DNA of 64,000 nucleotides from an uncultured Clostridia bacterium (GTDB lineage Bacteria; Bacillota_I; Bacilli_A; RF39; UBA660): NCBI GenBank assembly GCA_946409545.1, contig CAMJWT010000008.1, positions 789 to 64,788 of the forward strand, read 5' to 3'. Shown piece by piece: positions 58,563 to 64,000 of this stretch (position 1 is its first letter; each line of letters starts with the position of its first letter). The notes under the pieces were generated by a model. It saw only the letters and a program-made list of their open reading frames with translations, ran no database searches and was not told where the DNA came from. The position numbers and the translations under genes were made by a program.

Positions 58563-58677
58563 AACATACCTTCCTATTCTAAAAACATTATAACATAATA
58601 TTGAATTATTCTTAATAAAATTGTTAAATATGATTTACAAAACTGTATAATAATTATATAATTTCATTGGTGATATT

Positions 58678-59151
58678 ATGTTTTGGGTATTTTTTATCCT
58701 AATAGTTGGGTTGGTTGTATATATAAGTTATGTTTATAATGATTTTATTAATGTAAGAAGTAAAATTAGTGAAGAATGGGAAACAATGTGTACTAATTTA
58801 AAAGATCGTTTTGAAGTCTTCAAAGAATTAATGGACGCTAATAAAGATGTATCTTTTAATAGTCAAGAAGTTATCGATTTAATGGACAATCTTCAAAAAG
58901 TTACAAGTAAAGAAGAATTTGTTCCTTTATATCAATCTTTTGAAAAAAAAGTAAATGAATTTATTGAAACAATTGGTAAAGATAGTAACACTAATATTCT
59001 TACTAAACTTTATAGTACAAATAGTAAAATCGATTTCGTTAAAAACTTTTATAACGAAAATGTATCATCATATAATAGAAAGATTGATATGTTTCCATCA
59101 AATCTTGTTGCTAAGGCAATGAATTATACTAAAGATACTTTACTACCATAG
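58678..59151 (+). CDS. lemA: LemA-family protein
   Basis: N-terminal TM. C-terminal YNRKIDMFPSNLVAKAMNY motif (the YN...FP..v.A signature of LemA). Confidence 0.7.
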   Translation: MFWVFFILIVGLVVYISYVYNDFINVRSKISEEWETMCTNLKDRFEVFKELMDANKDVSFNSQEVIDLMDNLQKVTSKEEFVPLYQSFEKKVNEFIETIGKDSNTNILTKLYSTNSKIDFVKNFYNENVSSYNRKIDMFPSNLVAKAMNYTKDTLLP

Positions 59152-59160
59152 GAGGGTGTT

Positions 59161-59745
59161 ATGGAAAATTTAAAAAAACTTCGTAATTATTCATTTGCAA
59201 TATCAATTGTTTACATTATTTTAGGATTATTAATGATTCTTAATCCAAGTTTTATTAGTAACGCTATTAATTATGTAATTGGCTTTTTGATAATGCTATA
59301 TGGTGTTGTATATTTAATTAATTTATTTGTTAAGAAAGACGAATATATTTTAAATAGATTTAATTTCTTTACAGGAGTTATGTGTATATCATTTGGATTA
59401 TTTTTAGTACTTCATCCTGATTTATTACACCAATTAATTCCTTTCTGTGGATCTATTATTATTTTTGTAGATGGTATTTATCAAATTAGAAATAGTTTTG
59501 TTCTTAAAAAGAATAAATACAAATTTTGGTATGTTAATTTAATTACAGCATTTATCTTTATTGGATTTGCTATCTTTGTAATGATTAATGCAAGTAGTAT
59601 ATCAAATTTATTAATAAGTATTATTGGTGGAGTTTTACTAGTTGATGCTCTATTAGATATTTATACAACAATTGTTATTAATCGTCGTGTTAAAGCGATT
59701 GTTGATGCCGGACATATTTTAGAAGCTGAAACAAAAGAAGATTAA
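59161..59745 (+). CDS. hypothetical 4-6 TM membrane protein (HdeD/DUF308-like)
   Basis: 194 aa. GGAGGG RBS. Repeated hydrophobic helices. Confidence 0.6.
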   Translation: MENLKKLRNYSFAISIVYIILGLLMILNPSFISNAINYVIGFLIMLYGVVYLINLFVKKDEYILNRFNFFTGVMCISFGLFLVLHPDLLHQLIPFCGSIIIFVDGIYQIRNSFVLKKNKYKFWYVNLITAFIFIGFAIFVMINASSISNLLISIIGGVLLVDALLDIYTTIVINRRVKAIVDAGHILEAETKED

Positions 59746-59768
59746 TCTCTAGAAAGGTAGGTAGGATT

Positions 59769-60362
59769 ATGATAAGAAGAATTTTTATATTTACAATAGT
59801 TGGTCTATTTAATTATGTTCTTCTTCTAGGAGTAAATTTTTCTAATAAATTTATTCAAGATAATGATCTTATGGTTTATTTTCATGAAAAGCCAAAAGAG
59901 GAAGAAGTTATTAATCCTACAGAACCAAAACCTGCGGTTATAAATGAATGGAATGGTGAAACGAAAGAAGCCATTGGTAAAAAAATCGAAAAGTATTATA
60001 AAGATACCACTTTAGAAGGATATGGTGAAAGAGTAGCAAGCAGTGCTATTAATCGAAATGTTGATCCATATTTGATTGCAAGTATTATTTATATAAACTC
60101 TGGTTGTAAGGATGAATGCCAACCAATCGTAAGATTATGTAAAAATGCTGGTGGTACAACGGGATCACCTAATTGTATGGGTGGTAAATATACAAAATAT
60201 AATAAACTAGAAGAGTCTTTTGATGACTTAGTTGTATACATAAGAGATAAATTTATTAATAAAGATATGGATAGTCCATATAAAATGTATAAGTCTTATG
60301 GTAAAGATTCAGCTTGGGCTTACAAAGTTGATAAATATATGAAATTGATTAAAAAAGGTTGA
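59769..60362 (+). CDS. hypothetical membrane-anchored secreted protein with Cys-containing C-terminal domain
   Basis: 197 aa. N-terminal TM. AGGTAGGTAGG RBS. Confidence 0.6.
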   Translation: MIRRIFIFTIVGLFNYVLLLGVNFSNKFIQDNDLMVYFHEKPKEEEVINPTEPKPAVINEWNGETKEAIGKKIEKYYKDTTLEGYGERVASSAINRNVDPYLIASIIYINSGCKDECQPIVRLCKNAGGTTGSPNCMGGKYTKYNKLEESFDDLVVYIRDKFINKDMDSPYKMYKSYGKDSAWAYKVDKYMKLIKKG

Positions 60363-60445
60363 CAATCATCAATCTTTTTTTCTTTTCAATTAATTGTATA
60401 AAAAAAGACTATATGATATCCTTATAATAGGAGTAGAGTGATATA

Positions 60446-61090
60446 ATGGTACAAGTTGTAAAGAAAATATGGCCAGATGTAAAATGGTTATTCAACTACA
60501 TGGCTAGTATTTTATTATATTCAATTATTATTTTATTACTTTTAGTAGGTGGGCTATTAGTCGCTTATGTTGTGGATTCTAGAAAGAATGCTCAAGCTGG
60601 TGATTGGAAACCCCCTCTATATAATGCGTATATAATTGTATCGCAAAGTATGACTCCAGCAATTAAAGTTAATGATGCTATTATTATAAAAAGACTTGAT
60701 GCAAAAGATTTAAAAGTTGGTGACGTTGTAACTTATTTTTCAGAGAATCCTGAATATTATGGAATAATGATAACGCATCGTATTTTAGAAAAAAATGAAA
60801 TGAATGGGAAATATAGTTTTGTTATGAAAGGTGACTATAACATTAGTCAAGATCCTTTAACAGTTAGTGAAGAACAAGTATATGGTAAAGTAATAATGAG
60901 GATACCAAAGATAGGTATTATTCAAGAATTACTATCATCATATGTAGGTTGGATTTTTATAATTATTCTTCCTGTTGGCTTAATAATTTCAATTGATATC
61001 GTTAAGTTATATGGAAAGATTAAGAAAAATAAAAGAAATGAAAAAAGAAGAAAAAGATTAGATAATCCTATGATGGTTATGGAAGGATAA
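60446..61090 (+). CDS. signal peptidase I (second SipW-like copy)
   Basis: N-terminal TM, VSQSMTPAI (Ser box), KGDYNISQD (GDN box), C-terminal TM and basic tail. Confidence 0.75.
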   Translation: MVQVVKKIWPDVKWLFNYMASILLYSIIILLLLVGGLLVAYVVDSRKNAQAGDWKPPLYNAYIIVSQSMTPAIKVNDAIIIKRLDAKDLKVGDVVTYFSENPEYYGIMITHRILEKNEMNGKYSFVMKGDYNISQDPLTVSEEQVYGKVIMRIPKIGIIQELLSSYVGWIFIIILPVGLIISIDIVKLYGKIKKNKRNEKRRKRLDNPMMVMEG

Positions 61091-61103
61091 TAGAGGTGTT
61101 ATT

Positions 61104-61367
61104 ATGAATAATGATTTTTATGGAAGTGTTGGAACAAGCGATTATCAAACTAATAGTCAAAATAGAGAGAATAATGGTTTTTATAATCAATATGATGAAA
61201 ATTTTTATCATCAAGGACCAAAGTATAATCAACAACAGATTGATTTATCAAATGCCAAAAGAAAAAAACAAGAGATTGATAACATCGTTGGAGCGGTTAT
61301 TTTACTTGCAATAATCATCGCTTTATTGATTATATTTGTAATACCAAATTTAGATTTTACATTTTAG
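61104..61367 (+). CDS. small Q/N-rich protein with C-terminal TM anchor
   Basis: 87 aa. Sequence GAVILLAIIIALLIIFVI near the C-terminus. Confidence 0.5.
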   Translation: MNNDFYGSVGTSDYQTNSQNRENNGFYNQYDENFYHQGPKYNQQQIDLSNAKRKKQEIDNIVGAVILLAIIIALLIIFVIPNLDFTF

Positions 61368-61369
61368 AA

Positions 61370-61399
61370 GAAAGTCATTTAATTAATGACTTTTTTTAT
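61370..61399 (+). terminator. rho-independent terminator followed by a -10 box
   Basis: GAAAGTCATT-taatt-AATGACTTT hairpin followed by TTTTTT, then TATAAT at 61401-61406. Confidence 0.7.
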
Positions 61400-61430
61400 T
61401 TATAATGTTATATTTATGATAGGTGATAAT

Positions 61431-62132
61431 ATGAATATTCGTCATTTAAATTTAAAATATATTTCTAATATGAGAGATATTGGAGGCTATGAAACTAAAG
61501 AAGGTCGTGTTACTAAATTTAACAGATTATATCGTAGTAATTATGTAAAAAACTTAGAAGATGATGAATTAATGTTATTAAAGAACAATCATTTATCTTT
61601 AGTTATTGATTTAAGAAGTAATGAAGATAATGAATTAAAACCTAATTATTTAAAAGATAAAGTGGAATTTCATAATATCTATTTACCAGATGAATTACCT
61701 AATGAAGAAAAAGATGTTCCTGGTAGTTATATTAATATTTTAGAAAATAAAGAATTAAAAGAAGTATTTGAATTAATTAGAACGCATAAAGATTTAGTAA
61801 TTATTTCTTGTTCTATGGGTAAAGATCGAACAGGTGTTGTAATAATGCTTTTGATGCTACTGTGTGGTGTTAACAATAAAGATATTATTGCGGACTATAA
61901 TTTATCATATAACTATTTAAAAGATGATGTTAATTTATATCATTTAAATCATCCAAAGGCAGCAGCTTGGGTAGGAGCTTCTAAATCATGGTATATGGAA
62001 GATACTATTAAGTTATTTTATAATCGTTTTCAAGATGTAAATGATTATTTTATTAATTATCTTGGAATGACTCCAGATAGTTTATTTGAATTAAAGGAGA
62101 GTTTATTGTATGAAAAAGAAAAAGAATTCTAA
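61431..62132 (+). CDS. protein tyrosine/serine phosphatase (CX5R family)
   Basis: Start moved to ATG 61431 (GGTGAT RBS, downstream of the -10 box). Catalytic VIISCSMGKDRTGV P-loop. Confidence 0.75.
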   Translation: MNIRHLNLKYISNMRDIGGYETKEGRVTKFNRLYRSNYVKNLEDDELMLLKNNHLSLVIDLRSNEDNELKPNYLKDKVEFHNIYLPDELPNEEKDVPGSYINILENKELKEVFELIRTHKDLVIISCSMGKDRTGVVIMLLMLLCGVNNKDIIADYNLSYNYLKDDVNLYHLNHPKAAAWVGASKSWYMEDTIKLFYNRFQDVNDYFINYLGMTPDSLFELKESLLYEKEKEF

Positions 62133-63132
62133 TAAATTATTTTTCGCAATAATCAGTGTCTTTGTTCTAATTTTGATTGCCTTTGTATCATTCCGTTTAT
62201 TTGATTGGTTTAATAATAAAGAAACTATTTCTTTGTATGATGATAAACTAAAAGAAGTTGGTTATGAGAAAAAAAGTAATACTTATTATTATGGTGATAC
62301 TATAAGACTTGCAATTAATCAATATCCAACTCATCGATCAATTGAATTACGTGATCGCTTAGATAACTTTGATTGGAATAAAAATCTTGATGTTTATTTA
62401 AGAACAGTAAAAGTGTTTATTGACTTTGATTATGAATTAATAAGTAAAGGTATTGAATACGTTATTAATAATAGTTTAATTACGGAATCAGTAGCATCTA
62501 TTGATTTTAATTTTTCATCATATGCTATATCAATTTATTTTTTTCCTAAGGATAATCTTTCGATAAATATTACGTTTAATAAATATACAACAACTGATTA
62601 TAAACATTATTATGCTAGTGGTATAGCAGATAAATCATTCGCTTTTGATAAGCTAGTTTTAAAAAAGATTTTTAACAAAGATATTCCTGTAGAAATATTA
62701 AGTAGAATGAGTGAAAATACTTTAAAAGATTTTGAAAAAAATAGTATTCATAATAGTTTTAATATTGATGATGTAGAAGCTAATATCTCATCTTATGATA
62801 AAGCATCTCTTTATATTTCATATTCTAAATATGATTATATAGATTATCGTAATATTGATTTTGAATTAACATATGATATTAAAAATTTCCATGATGATAT
62901 TATAAAAGATTTAGAATTAATGGATAGATTATTTAAAACAAATAGTGTACAATATAAAGACAAGATTATTGATCTAATTGAAAACCCTAATACTGATTAT
63001 CATGTATCAGAGAAATCAAATTATTCGGAGAAGTATTATTATGGTCATTTTACAATTGATAGTAATTTTCAAGTAAATATCCGACTATATGAAAATAGAG
63101 TTGAAATTAGATATGAATTTAAGGAGTATTAA
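62110..63132 (+). CDS. hypothetical N-terminally anchored protein
   Basis: 340 aa. AAGGAGAG RBS. Single N-terminal TM. Confidence 0.6.
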   Translation: MKKKKNSNKLFFAIISVFVLILIAFVSFRLFDWFNNKETISLYDDKLKEVGYEKKSNTYYYGDTIRLAINQYPTHRSIELRDRLDNFDWNKNLDVYLRTVKVFIDFDYELISKGIEYVINNSLITESVASIDFNFSSYAISIYFFPKDNLSINITFNKYTTTDYKHYYASGIADKSFAFDKLVLKKIFNKDIPVEILSRMSENTLKDFEKNSIHNSFNIDDVEANISSYDKASLYISYSKYDYIDYRNIDFELTYDIKNFHDDIIKDLELMDRLFKTNSVQYKDKIIDLIENPNTDYHVSEKSNYSEKYYYGHFTIDSNFQVNIRLYENRVEIRYEFKEY

Positions 63133-63539
63133 TGAAAAAAGTATTATTGTTATTAATTGTTCTTTTGTTAGTAGGATGTAAGGGTGACTCAAAAGAAATC
63201 GTTAAATTTAAAATTAATGAAAATGAAAAATTAGTATTTAAAATAACGGATGATGATGTTTATAAATTTATTATTGATGGTAAGTTCTTAATATATAAAG
63301 ATGATAAAGAATTCGTAGATTATAATTTCTTATATCAAGATGATTGTAATAGTATTATTGCTAGTGAAACTAATGAAATGATTGAGAAAAAAGATAATGG
63401 ATTTATTTATAAAGATACTAAATATCATTATTTACATGATAGTGGAAAAGGAGTATGTATTGTAATTAATAGTGATAATGTTGATAAACTTCAAGAAATA
63501 CTTCAAAATATCGAAATAAAAGTTATTGAAGAAAAATAA
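63132..63539 (+). CDS. putative lipoprotein
   Basis: MKKVLLLLIVLLLVGC: lipobox L-V-G-C. Confidence 0.65.
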   Translation: MKKVLLLLIVLLLVGCKGDSKEIVKFKINENEKLVFKITDDDVYKFIIDGKFLIYKDDKEFVDYNFLYQDDCNSIIASETNEMIEKKDNGFIYKDTKYHYLHDSGKGVCIVINSDNVDKLQEILQNIEIKVIEEK

Positions 63540-63556
63540 CAAAATAAGGAGGATTT

Positions 63557-64000
63557 ATGGTTGTAAGAAATAATTATAATGAATGTTTAACAAACCTAGC
63601 TTGCTCTGTAAGAAAGTATTTTGGTTTGGAGTATCATCATAATACATTACCATATATTGATGAAATATTAGAACGTGATAAACCTAAAAACGTTATAGTT
63701 ATTTTATTTGATGGTATGGGATCAAGAATATTAAATAGGACTTTAGATGATGATGCCTTCTTTATAAAAAATGAATTAAAAGAAATTACAAGTGTTTTTC
63801 CAGCAACTACAACAGCAGCAACAACTAGTATCCGTACGGGATTAAATCCTTGTGAACATGGATGGCTTGGATGGAATACATATATTCCAAATATTGATAA
63901 AGTAATCACACTTTTTAAAGATTATGAAAAAGAGAGTAAAGAAATTAATGAAGATTTTTTAAGAATAAAAAATGATGTTTTAGTTTCTAAAACAATTACT
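63557..64000 (+). CDS. alkaline-phosphatase-superfamily (phosphodiesterase/sulfatase-like) protein, 5' part only
   Basis: ATG 63557 after AAGGAGG. VIVILFDGMGSR and FPATTTAATTSIRTGLNPCEHGW metal-site motifs. Runs off the window edge. Confidence 0.65.
   Translation, partial: MVVRNNYNECLTNLACSVRKYFGLEYHHNTLPYIDEILERDKPKNVIVILFDGMGSRILNRTLDDDAFFIKNELKEITSVFPATTTAATTSIRTGLNPCEHGWLGWNTYIPNIDKVITLFKDYEKESKEINEDFLRIKNDVLVSKTIT

Overview
This window looks like a chromosomal segment from a very AT-rich, low-GC Gram-positive bacterium (Bacillota, standard genetic code, typical AGGAGG ribosome-binding sites). It mixes conserved housekeeping operons with several cell-surface and accessory islands.

Housekeeping genes recognised from motifs:
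- ferredoxin at the left edge
- rimP-nusA-ylxR-infB-rbfA, with no L7Ae gene between ylxR and infB
- a glycine T-box leader followed by glyQS, then a PepE-like peptidase
- trxA-trxB, uvrC, yqeG-yqeH, frr
- a YgjP-like gene, folD and rdgB
- a minus-strand trio nfu / CPBP protease / metallophosphoesterase, tRNA-Arg(UCU), and an HtpX-like M48 protease
- LemA, two SipW-type signal peptidases and a CX5R phosphatase

Accessory content:
1. At 2.3-6.3 kb, a cassette of three small helical proteins (one with a clear W-E-G WXG100-like motif), two tandem full-length paralogues of a ~415-aa protein with a papain/C39-like Cys...His...Asp arrangement, and a translationally coupled 198-aa partner. This is best read as an atypical T7SS/LXG-like polymorphic effector-immunity locus with no LXG domain and no secretion core in the window.
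2. Two ~1630-aa Cna-B-repeat adhesin paralogues 42 kb apart. Their 3' ~1.9 kb are patchily near-identical, and they end in a conserved VKTPITG + TM + basic-tail sorting signal.
3. A three-gene operon (TapA-position protein, TasA/camelysin-like protein, SipW). Its first protein combines a SipW-type N-terminus with a sortase-type PVPKTG C-terminal signal. A class B sortase lies 11 kb away.
4. An operon of a Listeria-Bacteroides-repeat/Big_2 surface protein, a small membrane protein and a 3027-aa giant repeat protein.
5. A membrane histidine-kinase-like protein whose H-box His is replaced by Gln and whose C-terminal receiver is degenerate. It sits next to an AMP-dependent ligase.
6. A 560-bp intergenic region after frr with a consensus promoter embedded in the frr terminator. 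It carries a 28-codon hydrophobic ORF with a strong RBS and ~320 nt of relatively GC-rich non-coding sequence, so it may encode a small RNA or small protein.

No CRISPR array, transposase, integrase or prophage signature was seen. All family assignments are by-eye motif recognition and need HMM/BLAST confirmation.
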